Assembly: GCA_031374985.1 (NCBI GenBank)
Contig: JANMHD010000060.1
Location: 1-39,023 of the forward strand
Direction: 5' to 3'
Origin: Coleofasciculaceae cyanobacterium OTE_70_metabat_329
GTDB lineage: Bacteria; Cyanobacteriota; Cyanobacteriia; Cyanobacteriales; JAAUUE01
DNA length: 39,023 bases
Shown here one piece after another: positions 27,897 to 36,636 of the stretch. The notes under the pieces were generated by a model, which saw nothing but the letters and a program-made list of their open reading frames with translations, searched no databases and had not been told where the DNA came from. Position numbers and translations under genes: made by a program. Numbering within the stretch: position 1 is the stretch's first letter; each line of letters opens with the position of its first letter.

Positions 27897-28571
27897 CTAG
27901 GGGCAGTTGCCTAGGTTGCCAGAACTACCGGGTTGACCATTGCTGACCCAACCAGCATTGGGGGCACTGATCTGGAGCCATTGACGACCACCATCAAGTC
28001 TAGTAACGGGAGGATTAATTAGAGTAACAGTTTGACCGTTAGCTACACCACCAACTGAGGCTCCGCCGGGAGTAGACCGAATAGCCAAGCCACCACCAAT
28101 GGGCGATCGCACCAAGCGGCAAAGTCCCGCAGTTGTAGGCGGTGTAGTTGGAGTTGGCATAGGATTTGTCACCACAGGAGAGCAGAGAATGACGTTTCCG
28201 CCACTACCCGGCACCCCGTTGGCAATCCATCCAGTAGCTCCATTAGAAAGAGTAATTTGTACCCAATTCAAACCCGCCACGGCATTAACTGTAGCTGGAG
28301 TAGTAGAAAGATTAATAGTTTGTTGATTGCCTACACCACCTATGATAGCGGCAGTTAAACTGGGCTGGGCACGAATGTTTAGACCTTCTGGGACGACTAC
28401 CCGACGACAGCGATCGGGAGCTTGGGCCAGAAGATTACTATCTGCTGAGGGAGCTACAGTTAGGGGATCTGGGCTAATGGCGGCGAGAACTGGGGTTAGG
28501 TTGCCGAGGATAGCTATAGCAGCGATACCTAATCCAGAAAAAATAGATCCATACTTGCTAATGTGTTGCAT
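27897..28571 (-). CDS. Secreted protein with two bacterial SH3 domains
   Basis: 224 aa with an N-terminal signal-like segment. It contains two repeats of the pattern GLNIRAQPS...WVQITLSNGATGWI and GLAIRSTPG...WLQISAPNAGWV, separated by a PTPTTPPTT linker. Confidence 0.75.
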   Translation of the reverse strand: MQHISKYGSIFSGLGIAAIAILGNLTPVLAAISPDPLTVAPSADSNLLAQAPDRCRRVVVPEGLNIRAQPSLTAAIIGGVGNQQTINLSTTPATVNAVAGLNWVQITLSNGATGWIANGVPGSGGNVILCSPVVTNPMPTPTTPPTTAGLCRLVRSPIGGGLAIRSTPGGASVGGVANGQTVTLINPPVTRLDGGRQWLQISAPNAGWVSNGQPGSSGNLGNCP

Positions 28572-28766
28572 AGTTTACGACTCCTCACAAAAATTTGTTC
28601 CAAAAATTAAACACGAACCTCAAACCTATTTAACTAAAGAATCTTGACCTAGACAAGCGAAACCTGTTTAAAGCAATTTGATTAAATTAGTTAAACCAAA
28701 TTCAGTATATCAATACTCTAGAATTAGATGGTTGATTACTGAATAATCTGTAGCAATTCCCCACAA

Positions 28767-29978
28767 TTAGGTAGCTGGTGGGAGGAGATTTTCTAGACCC
28801 TGTACTACTTGGGCTGATTCAATTTTATCCCCTGCTGCCAGATTGCCCAGAACATCTTTTCCTTCAATAACATAACCAAAGACAGCATAACGACCATCCA
28901 AGAGATTCCGACCCGCAGGAGTTAGTTCTGGCTCAAATAGGAAAAAGAAGAATTGAGAAGAGCCGCCATTAGCATCAAATTCTGGATGACCCATGACTAC
29001 AGCACCGTAGGAAGAAAAGGGCAAGACAGGTAAATCTCGGTAACGTCCTGCATCTTCTAGGGTAGTCTCATAGGTAGGCTCAGTGTCTCCGGCTACAAGA
29101 ATTTCTAAAGGAATCGATCGATATTCCCCAGTTTTAGGATCCACAAACCCTGCTGCCTCTCCGGGTGGATCTCCCGCTTGGACAGTGAAGGATTCCTCTG
29201 CACTAGTAATCTCCAAGCCATTATAAAAACCCCGTTGCACCAAATCCACAAAATTTCCCGCCGTCACCGGAGCGCTGTAACCATCTGCTACTATAGTGAT
29301 TTTTCCCTTAGTAGTAGTAAATTCAATGGTTGCTCTGCCCTTGAGTTGTGCTAAATGACTATATTCTGGGGGAACCGTATAGGGGAAGCCAGTCACCATC
29401 ATTTCTTCAATCTCTCCCACTTTATCTAGGAGTTGGCGGCGCTCAATCCATACTTGTTCCGTATCTTTTGCCTCCACAGCTTGGAGGATGGCAATAATCC
29501 CGGCTTGCATTTCTGTAATTAAATTCTCGGCGGTGTTTTTTTGAGGATCGGGAATGGCAGCTAAAATTTGACTAGAGCGATCGCTTAAAAGTTTTTCAGC
29601 CTTGGTAATATCCTGACCTACAGGTTTCCATCGCTTAGCCCGGAGTTGATTAGCAATATCTTCTAAGCTACCTTGGACTTGACGAATTGGCGGGTTATTA
29701 ATCGGTAGAGAATAGCGGAGAATTGCCTTCCCATCAGTGACCGCATTCCCACTGGGCAAACCACTACTATTATTAGGGAGAAAACCTAAAACAACAAAAT
29801 TTTCTAAATTCCCCAAGGTAGGGGGAAAAATAATCCCTGAAGCTAAAGCTGGTTGTGTCTCTAAATTCATGAGAACTAGAGCTAAAACTCCTACTAGGAG
29901 AGCTTGATAGCCCAAATTCCTGATAGTAATTTCTAGATTTTCTAAAAAAGTTTTTATATTCGATCGCATGAACTGCAT
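28767..29978 (-). CDS. Cyclophilin-type peptidyl-prolyl cis-trans isomerase, TLP40-like (lumenal)
   Basis: 403 aa with an N-terminal hydrophobic signal. The C-terminal cyclophilin domain contains VTAGNFVDLVQRGFYNGL, SSQFFF and AVFGYVIEGKDVL. Confidence 0.85.
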   Translation of the reverse strand: MQFMRSNIKTFLENLEITIRNLGYQALLVGVLALVLMNLETQPALASGIIFPPTLGNLENFVVLGFLPNNSSGLPSGNAVTDGKAILRYSLPINNPPIRQVQGSLEDIANQLRAKRWKPVGQDITKAEKLLSDRSSQILAAIPDPQKNTAENLITEMQAGIIAILQAVEAKDTEQVWIERRQLLDKVGEIEEMMVTGFPYTVPPEYSHLAQLKGRATIEFTTTKGKITIVADGYSAPVTAGNFVDLVQRGFYNGLEITSAEESFTVQAGDPPGEAAGFVDPKTGEYRSIPLEILVAGDTEPTYETTLEDAGRYRDLPVLPFSSYGAVVMGHPEFDANGGSSQFFFFLFEPELTPAGRNLLDGRYAVFGYVIEGKDVLGNLAAGDKIESAQVVQGLENLLPPAT

Positions 29979-30316
29979 GATATCTATTCCATAAATTATG
30001 ACGGCTCCCTTCCCTCACTATTAAGCAGAGGCTGATCAAACACCAATCAGGGCGAAGTAGCCAACACCTACCTTACCGCAAAAATGTCTTGTAAAGCAAA
30101 GATAATTATCTATCCACAGAGCATTGTAGGCACAGATGTGAGAACACTAAGGGGTCATACCCCCAGTCCCTAAAATCTGAATTTCCTAGTATAATCACTC
30201 AGTAATAATTACTTAATGCTCTAAGTTTTTACTTTTGGCTAGGCATATCCATGTAATTAGCTAAGTTTATTCATGTGCTTAAAAAACACCCAGCAAAGGG
30301 TAGGTGAATTGTTTAA

Positions 30317-31426
30317 ATGACGAACAACCAAGAAAAAAACTCTGCTACAGAAATTAATCTCCATTCCTTACTTAATCCTTTGCAGTGGATGGCAGTAGGC
30401 TCTGGTTCTACAATTATATTGCTTCTTAGTGGTTTTGGGGCATGGACTTTAGCATCTCAAGTATTAATTGAAGGTAAAACTACTAGGCAAAACCAACTAT
30501 CTTTAGCTTCTCCCTCTTCAGCCACATCTTCTCCAAAGCTAAAATCAAGATTAGAATTACCTTTACCCAATAGTTTAAAACAGCAAATCTCAAGCGATGT
30601 ACCCCTGCTACCAGTATTTGATGCTACAGAAGATAAAGAAGTTTTAATTGCAGCTAACGATTTTCAGGGTAATGTTACTGTTGCTTCTAGGACTCCTAAG
30701 GATGTATCAAAACCGAATATAAATCGAGATGGACTAATAGATAAACCTACTACTAAAAACCTTGCTCCCCAAGATAACGAGCGGAGACAAGAAACCTCAT
30801 CTTCATCATCCGGGAATAACTCTTCAACAACTACCTTAGCTTCTGATAATACTTCTGTAGATAATGCTTCCCCAAAGTCATCCTCAGATAATCCTTCCTC
30901 TGATAATATTTCTTTTGATTGGGGATGGGATTTTTCAGAAGGTTTGGCTAAGGTTCAAGTGGGCGAGAAATGGGGCTATGTTGATCGCTCTGGACGGATG
31001 ATTATTAAGCCCCAATTCCAAGAAGTTAGCTACTTTGCTGAAAATTTAGCCAGTATCAAACGTGACGATAAATGGGGTTATATCGATCGTACAGGAAAAA
31101 TTGTTATTGCTCCTAAATTCCAAGAAGCCAAGGAATTTTCTGAAGGTTTTGCATCGGTTAAATTTGATGGAAAATGGGGCTATATTGATAATAAAGGGGA
31201 TTTTACTGTTCAACCCCAATATGAAACAGCAGAATCTTTCCGTGAGGGATTAGCTAGTATTAAAACCGGTGACTTATGGGGCTACATTGACCCTGTTGGT
31301 AGTGTAAAGATAGCACCTCAATTCACTCATACTTGGGGATTTTCTCAGGGTGTCGCTCAGGTTAAAGTGGGTAATCGCATTGCCTATATTAATAAAGATG
31401 GAAGATTTATTAGTCAGAAACCCTAA
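30317..31426 (+). CDS. WG (KWG) repeat-containing protein with N-terminal membrane anchor
   Basis: 369 aa with a TM segment near the N-terminus and a serine-rich linker. About six repeats of the form KWGY(V/I)DRxGxxxIxPxFxxAxxFSEGLAxVK follow. Confidence 0.8.
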   Translation: MTNNQEKNSATEINLHSLLNPLQWMAVGSGSTIILLLSGFGAWTLASQVLIEGKTTRQNQLSLASPSSATSSPKLKSRLELPLPNSLKQQISSDVPLLPVFDATEDKEVLIAANDFQGNVTVASRTPKDVSKPNINRDGLIDKPTTKNLAPQDNERRQETSSSSSGNNSSTTTLASDNTSVDNASPKSSSDNPSSDNISFDWGWDFSEGLAKVQVGEKWGYVDRSGRMIIKPQFQEVSYFAENLASIKRDDKWGYIDRTGKIVIAPKFQEAKEFSEGFASVKFDGKWGYIDNKGDFTVQPQYETAESFREGLASIKTGDLWGYIDPVGSVKIAPQFTHTWGFSQGVAQVKVGNRIAYINKDGRFISQKP

Positions 31427-31441
31427 ATAAAAAATATATTA

Positions 31442-31475
31442 GTAGGGTGGGCAATACCCGCCTTACCTTTTAAAA
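31442..31475. terminator. Candidate (possibly bidirectional) terminator between the WG-repeat gene and the kdp operon end
   Basis: GTAGGGTGGG-CAATA-CCCGCCTTAC forms a 10-bp stem with two G-U pairs, followed by CTTTT on the plus strand. A U-rich tract follows about 10 nt after it on the minus strand. Confidence 0.45.
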
Positions 31476-31534
31476 CTGCACTAACATTACTTATTTCTTT
31501 CATCAGCGATAATGTGTAGATCTACATCTTTGAG

Positions 31535-32623
31535 TTATTTCATTAGTTCCTGCATAGGAGAAGACTTAAATAGTAATTGCCAGCGAGATTTTTGAGTTTG
31601 GCCAAGAACAATTTGGGTAATACGATTTGCTTGGGCAACTTCAGCGATCGCTCTCGTCACATCATGACCTTCAATGCGTATAAAATCACCCCCCATTTGT
31701 TTACAAAAATCCTCACACATTTCTACATGAAGAGATTCCTGCTTATTTAGAAATCGCTCTGGATTACTCACAAAAACTGCATAGAATCTTGCATGAAGTT
31801 GGGTAGATAACCTTGCTCCCCGGCGCAAGAGTTGCAAAGAGTTAGGATAAGTAGATACACATACTAAAACTCGTTCATGAACACTACAAATCTGACCACC
31901 AGCACTAGAACTTGCTCCAGCTTCAATATTATCGGCTACTTCTCGCAGAGCTAATTCCCTCAAAGCAACTAAATGGCGGCGCTGAAAAAAGTTTTCTAGG
32001 GATTTTTCTATTTTTTCTGGAGAATAGATTTTGCCCTCTTGTAATCGTTCTTGCAGAGTTTCTGGGGTGACATCCACAACTACAACTTCCGTAGCTTCAT
32101 CAAGAATGCGATCGGGTATTCTCTCCCGGACAACTACACTAGTAATTTTGGCAACTAGATCATTCAAGCTTTCTAAGTGTTGAATATTTACGGTGGAATA
32201 AACATCAATCCCAGCTTCTAAAACTATTTCTACATCTTGATAGCGCTTTTCTCTAGGAGAACCGGGGACATTGGTATGGGCTAATTCATCAATTAAAACT
32301 AATTGAGGGCGGCGTTCTAAGATGGCATCGGTATTCATTTCCTTGAGAGTAACTCCACTATAGAGCGACTCTAGGAGGGGAACCATTTCAAAGCCGTGGG
32401 TTTTCTCGATCGTCTCCTGCCGTCCATGAGTTTCTACTAAGCCCACAACTACATCAATTCCCCCTTCCCGTAATTCCCCACCCTCTTCTAGCATCCGATA
32501 GGTTTTACCCACACCAGGAGCCATACCTATAAAAATTTTGTGTTTCCCACGACGCTTTGCTGAGGGATATAAATTGGTAACTGGAGCCGGGACATTTTTG
32601 GTAGATTCTGGGGATGTAGTCAT
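31535..32623 (-). CDS. kdpD: KdpD N-terminal sensor domain protein (KdpD-N + Usp domain, no histidine kinase part)
   Basis: 362 aa with Walker-A-like GMAPGVGKTYRML, the KdpD N-terminal domain and a Usp-like C-terminal half. It sits last in the kdp operon. Confidence 0.85.
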   Translation of the reverse strand: MTTSPESTKNVPAPVTNLYPSAKRRGKHKIFIGMAPGVGKTYRMLEEGGELREGGIDVVVGLVETHGRQETIEKTHGFEMVPLLESLYSGVTLKEMNTDAILERRPQLVLIDELAHTNVPGSPREKRYQDVEIVLEAGIDVYSTVNIQHLESLNDLVAKITSVVVRERIPDRILDEATEVVVVDVTPETLQERLQEGKIYSPEKIEKSLENFFQRRHLVALRELALREVADNIEAGASSSAGGQICSVHERVLVCVSTYPNSLQLLRRGARLSTQLHARFYAVFVSNPERFLNKQESLHVEMCEDFCKQMGGDFIRIEGHDVTRAIAEVAQANRITQIVLGQTQKSRWQLLFKSSPMQELMK

Positions 32624-32670
32624 GGGATTATAAAGTTTAGAATAGTTTTACTATTAACCACCCTTAGTAA

Positions 32671-32690
32671 GGGCGTAAGGCCTTGCGCCC
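32671..32690 (-). other. GC-rich palindrome in the kdpC/kdpD gap
   Basis: GGGCGTAAGGCCTTGCGCCC is a 20-nt self-complement with one mismatch. Confidence 0.75.
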
Positions 32691-32700
32691 CAATGTACAT

Positions 32701-33303
32701 CTAGGTGTTGCCTAATTTGTCTAGGGCTAAATTTAAGCGTAATACATTCACTCCCGGTTCACCAAAGATGCCAAGAAATCTACTATCGGTATTTTGGCTG
32801 ATTAGGATTTCTAATTGATTAGAGTCGAGGTTTCTGGCTCTAGCAATCCGGGGAAGTTGAGATCGGGCGCCTTCTGGGGTGATGTGAGGATCAAGACTAG
32901 AACCAGAAGTGTAGAGGAGATCGGCAGTAGGCTCAATTCCTGCTTGTTTCAGGGTAGCGATCGTTTCCTGAACTCGTTTCAGGAGGTCTGGATTGCTAGG
33001 TGCAAGGTTACTTGCCCCCGATACCCCAGTTTTCAAAATTCCTGCCCCATCCTTGGCCAGATCGGCAGTAGTGTAATTAGTAGTACTAGGACGATTCAAA
33101 AAGTATCGATCGCTAGCAAAAGGCTGACCAATTAAGGCAGAACCAATTACCTGTCCTTGAGAATTTTTCACCAAACTTCCGTTAGCTTGATAAGGAAATA
33201 ATTGCCCAATTCCAAGGATCAAAAAGGGATAAATAACGGCGGTGAGGATCCAAAAAACTAAGGTGGCTTTAATAGCTGTAGTCGTTTCACGCAAAATAGA
33301 CAT
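32701..33303 (-). CDS. kdpC: Potassium-transporting ATPase subunit C
   Basis: The track start is TTG 33324; ATG 33303 gives MSILRETTTAIK..., 200 aa. It has an N-terminal TM and KdpC blocks (GSALIGQPF, SGASNLAPSNP, SGSSLDPHI). Confidence 0.9.
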   Translation of the reverse strand: MSILRETTTAIKATLVFWILTAVIYPFLILGIGQLFPYQANGSLVKNSQGQVIGSALIGQPFASDRYFLNRPSTTNYTTADLAKDGAGILKTGVSGASNLAPSNPDLLKRVQETIATLKQAGIEPTADLLYTSGSSLDPHITPEGARSQLPRIARARNLDSNQLEILISQNTDSRFLGIFGEPGVNVLRLNLALDKLGNT

Positions 33304-33367
33304 GACTAAAAATTTCTCCTGCAAATATTAACTAGATGGTACTTAAAGTATTCAAATTCAACTAGAG

Positions 33368-33400
33368 TATCCCCCCACCCCCCCTTTTTAAGGGGGGATA
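33368..33400 (-). other. C-tract/G-tract hairpin with two alternative 5' partners in the kdpF-like/kdpC gap
   Basis: GGGGGGATA (33392-33400) can pair with TATCCCCCC (33368-33376). Alternatively AAGGGGGG (33390-33397) can pair with CCCCCCTT (33379-33386). Confidence 0.7.
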
Positions 33401-33460
33401 ATTAATTCAAGTCCTCTTTCTTCTAGAGTGGTGCGTTAGCATAGTAGGCTGGGGAATATA

Positions 33461-33730
33461 TTAAAATCTTTCTGGTTGTAAAATTACTGCAAAAAGATAA
33501 ATACATAATGCCAGAATAACTAGACCTAAAAGAGCGATCGCCCAAGCAGTTTTAGGGGTAATCTCTGCCCCAGCTTGAGCATAGACAACTTGAGCAAGGG
33601 GAAGGTTTAAACATAGGAGGAAAAAAATAGCGATTGGTTTAGAATTTTGCCGAGAAAACTCTTTTATTTCTGTCTTTCCTGCTAATAAATCAAATCCGAT
33701 CGTATCTGCTAAAACTTGACGTATTTTCAT
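33461..33730 (-). CDS. kdpF: Small kdp-operon membrane protein with KdpF-like C-terminus (sits where cyanobacterial kdpG is reported)
   Basis: 89-aa ORF whose only ATG is at 33730. The C-terminal LLGLVILALCIYLFAVILQPERF matches the KdpF pattern (hydrophobic helix ending YL..AL..PE(K/R)F). The true start could be internal (a TTG lies before AQVVYAQ). Confidence 0.6.
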   Translation of the reverse strand: MKIRQVLADTIGFDLLAGKTEIKEFSRQNSKPIAIFFLLCLNLPLAQVVYAQAGAEITPKTAWAIALLGLVILALCIYLFAVILQPERF

Positions 33731-33801
33731 GATTTTTGTCTATTTTACCTGACTTAATTTCTTGGTTTCTTGGTAATTATTTAGAGTGATTTCTCTTCTT
33801 C

Positions 33802-33820
33802 CCTCTCCCCAAGGGAGAGG
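33802..33820 (-). other. Hairpin CCTCTCCC-CAA-GGGAGAGG in the kdpB/kdpF-like gap
   Basis: 8-bp perfect stem. The stem sequence is the same as the hairpin inside the MITE at 18588-18610. Confidence 0.75.
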
Positions 33821-33841
33821 ACTAATTCTAGTAAAAAAGAT

Positions 33842-35893
33842 TTAGGCTAATCCCAATAAAGAAACAATCACATCAATTACCTTAATTCCCACAAAAGGTA
33901 CTAAAACACCACCCAAACCATAGATGAGAATATTATCTCGGAGGAGTTGATTTGCCGTCACAGGGCGAAATTTCACCCCCTTGAGAGCCAGAGGAATTAG
34001 TGCGGGGATAATCAAGGCATTGAAAATTAGAGCCGACAACACCGCAGATTCAGCACTGGCTAACCCCATAATATTCAGTTTGCCAATTCCTGCTGCCGAG
34101 AATATGGCCGGGATAATAGCAAAGTATTTAGCAATATCATTGGAAATGGAGAAAGTAGTTAAAGCCCCTCTAGTAATTAGGAGTTGTTTGCCGATCGTCA
34201 CCAAGTCAATCAATTTAGTCGGGTCAGAATCCAAATCCACCATATTGGCAGCTTCTTTTGCTGCTTGAGTTCCTGAATTCATGGCCACGCCTACATTTGC
34301 CTGAGCCAGCGCCGGAGCATCGTTGGTGCCATCCCCTGTCATGGCTACTAGTTTCCCCGCGGCTTGTTCTCGTTGAATCACGGCGATCTTATCTTCTGGA
34401 GTAGCTTCAGCAATAAAATCATCGACCCCTGCTTCATCAGCAATTACCGAGGCAGTAATTCGGTTATCTCCGGTGAGCATAATGGTTTTGATTCCCATCC
34501 GCCGCAACTGGTCAAACCGTTCTCGAATACCGGGTTTGATAATATCCTTGAGATAAATGATCCCGTAGAGTTCTCCCTGTTGACACACAGCTAGGGGTGT
34601 GCCACCGAGAAGCGAAACCCTTTCATAGGCAGCATCTAATTCGGGATTAACTTGACCGCCCCTCGATCGTACAAATCCCTTAATAGAATCCACTGCTCCT
34701 TTGCGAATCTCTATGCCATTGGGTAAATTTGTGCCACTCATACGAGTTCTGGCAGAAAACTCCACACCTTCCGTAGTAGCAGGATCAAAATCAATAGTGG
34801 CACCTAATTTCTCCGCCAGCCGGACGATCGACTTCCCCTCTGGAGTGGTATCAAAAATGCTGGAACCCAGAGCTACGGTGGCTACTTCTAGCAAACTATG
34901 GTTATTTATCGGGATAAACTCCTCCGCTAAGCGATTCCCTAGGGTAATTGTGCCGGTTTTATCAAGAATCAGGGTGCTGACATCTCCACACGCCTCTACA
35001 GCCCGCCCGGAAGTTGCCACTACATTAAATTGTGCCACCCTATCCATTCCGGCAATCCCGATCGCACTCAACAAACCCCCAATGGTAGTGGGAATCAACG
35101 CCACTAAAAGAGAAACTAACACCGTGACACTTACTGGACTCCCGGCAAAGTTAGCAATGGGGGAAATTGTGACCACGACAATGACAAATACTAAAGTTAG
35201 AACGGCCAGAAGTACCGTCAAGGCAATCTCGTTAGGAGTTTTGCTGCGTTCTGCCCCTTCTACTAGGGAGATCATGCGATCGAGAAAACTTTGTCCCGGA
35301 TCGGAAGTTACCCGCAGAATTAATTCATCAGAGATAATCTTGGTTCCTCCTGTCACAGAGCTTGCCACATCACTGCCTGGCTCCTTCAGGACTGGTGCAG
35401 ATTCCCCAGTAATGGCGGACTCATCTACTGAGGCAACCCCACCGATCACTTCCCCATCGGCGGGGATAGTATCCCCCATAATCACCTTGATGCGATCGCC
35501 CTTCCGTAGTGCCGTGGAGCTAACTTCTTCGATCGTGTCATCTGCTAATAATTTCCGGGCTGTAGTATCAGATTTGGTAGCTCGGAGGGAATCTGCCTGA
35601 GCTTTCCCCCGCCCCTCAGCTACAGCCTCGGCAAAATTAGCAAATAATAAAGTGGCAAATAAAATTGCTGTCACCAGAAAATTAAATTTACGATTATTCC
35701 CTTGGACTACCCCAAATAAGTTGGGATCAATTACTAACAAAGCCGTGACGATCGTGCCTACCCACACCACAAACATCACCGGATTACGGATCATTACTTT
35801 GGGATTAAGCTTGACAAAAGCCGATTTCAAAGCCCTTGCATACAAACCTTGGGTATTTACCTGATTTCTTTGTAGACGTTTAGAAACAGTCAT
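33842..35893 (-). CDS. kdpB: Potassium-transporting P-type ATPase subunit B
   Basis: 683 aa with DKTGTIT, TGDN and [12 protein letters not shown]-type ATPase motifs, in kdp context. Confidence 0.97.
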   Translation of the reverse strand: MTVSKRLQRNQVNTQGLYARALKSAFVKLNPKVMIRNPVMFVVWVGTIVTALLVIDPNLFGVVQGNNRKFNFLVTAILFATLLFANFAEAVAEGRGKAQADSLRATKSDTTARKLLADDTIEEVSSTALRKGDRIKVIMGDTIPADGEVIGGVASVDESAITGESAPVLKEPGSDVASSVTGGTKIISDELILRVTSDPGQSFLDRMISLVEGAERSKTPNEIALTVLLAVLTLVFVIVVVTISPIANFAGSPVSVTVLVSLLVALIPTTIGGLLSAIGIAGMDRVAQFNVVATSGRAVEACGDVSTLILDKTGTITLGNRLAEEFIPINNHSLLEVATVALGSSIFDTTPEGKSIVRLAEKLGATIDFDPATTEGVEFSARTRMSGTNLPNGIEIRKGAVDSIKGFVRSRGGQVNPELDAAYERVSLLGGTPLAVCQQGELYGIIYLKDIIKPGIRERFDQLRRMGIKTIMLTGDNRITASVIADEAGVDDFIAEATPEDKIAVIQREQAAGKLVAMTGDGTNDAPALAQANVGVAMNSGTQAAKEAANMVDLDSDPTKLIDLVTIGKQLLITRGALTTFSISNDIAKYFAIIPAIFSAAGIGKLNIMGLASAESAVLSALIFNALIIPALIPLALKGVKFRPVTANQLLRDNILIYGLGGVLVPFVGIKVIDVIVSLLGLA

Positions 35894-35905
35894 AGATTTA
35901 GAATC

Positions 35906-36625
35906 TTACGAGATTTCCTCTGATGTATTTTTAGGGATATTTTGAATTTGGGTAATAACCCAGCCTGCAACACGGGTAGTAGGTTGTCCTTGAGTGATCT
36001 GTTCCAAAGCCTGATTCAGTAAGTTGATTTCTAACCCTGTAAAAGCCAAAGATTGTAGAGACTCTTTATATTTCCCATCTTCTTGGAGGAGAAATACGAA
36101 TAATTGTCTAGCTTGGACACTAACTACCCAATATTCAGGAATACCCAGAGCAGCATAGAGTTGTTTTTTCTCATCCAAATCGCTACTTAAAGTAGTATCT
36201 GCAATTTCTCCTACTAAGTCTGGAACTCGCCATTGATCTAAGTTAATAGCTCTTTTCTCTCCTTTTTGCCAAACTGGAATATCCGCACCTAGGTAAAAAA
36301 CTAAGTCAGGAGATGCAGCCCTAGTCTCAGTTTTTTCTAGCAAGGTACGTCCACAGGAAGTTAATTCTTGTCCTGAGAATTGCATAGACCACAAACTGAG
36401 AACTAAAGAAATAAGTTCAGTAAACCGGGAATGATTTAGTCCTTCACCACCCATGTCGGTAATTAGTAATTGGTTAACGTTAAAAAACAATCGATAACTA
36501 GTTATCTCAGAATCGGGATCATCTCGGTATTTAAGGTAGTCTTGCCAAGTGGCTAGTTGCCAATGGACGATCAAAGACTCAGAAGATTCAGAAAATTCAG
36601 GAGAGGTTTTAAGGGTGGTTGTCAT
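35906..36625 (-). CDS. Uma2 family (DUF820) putative PD-(D/E)XK endonuclease, embedded between kdpA and kdpB
   Basis: 239 aa with ATG start. The signature is PDLVGEIADTTLSSDLDEKKQLYAALGIPEYWVVSV. An AGGAG overlaps the kdpA stop 8 nt before its ATG. It lies 11 nt after the kdpA stop, and kdpB starts 12 nt after its own stop. Confidence 0.85.
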   Translation of the reverse strand: MTTTLKTSPEFSESSESLIVHWQLATWQDYLKYRDDPDSEITSYRLFFNVNQLLITDMGGEGLNHSRFTELISLVLSLWSMQFSGQELTSCGRTLLEKTETRAASPDLVFYLGADIPVWQKGEKRAINLDQWRVPDLVGEIADTTLSSDLDEKKQLYAALGIPEYWVVSVQARQLFVFLLQEDGKYKESLQSLAFTGLEINLLNQALEQITQGQPTTRVAGWVITQIQNIPKNTSEEIS

Positions 36626-36636
36626 GGAATTTACTC

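Noticed and set aside
34701-35600. 299-aa ORF antisense to kdpB, plus many 60-130-aa ORFs antisense to rpoC2, rpoC1, rpoB, PBP and others
   Set aside because: They lie entirely inside strongly supported genes on the other strand and have low-complexity S/R/P-rich translations with no recognisable motifs. Such open antisense frames are typical of coding regions.
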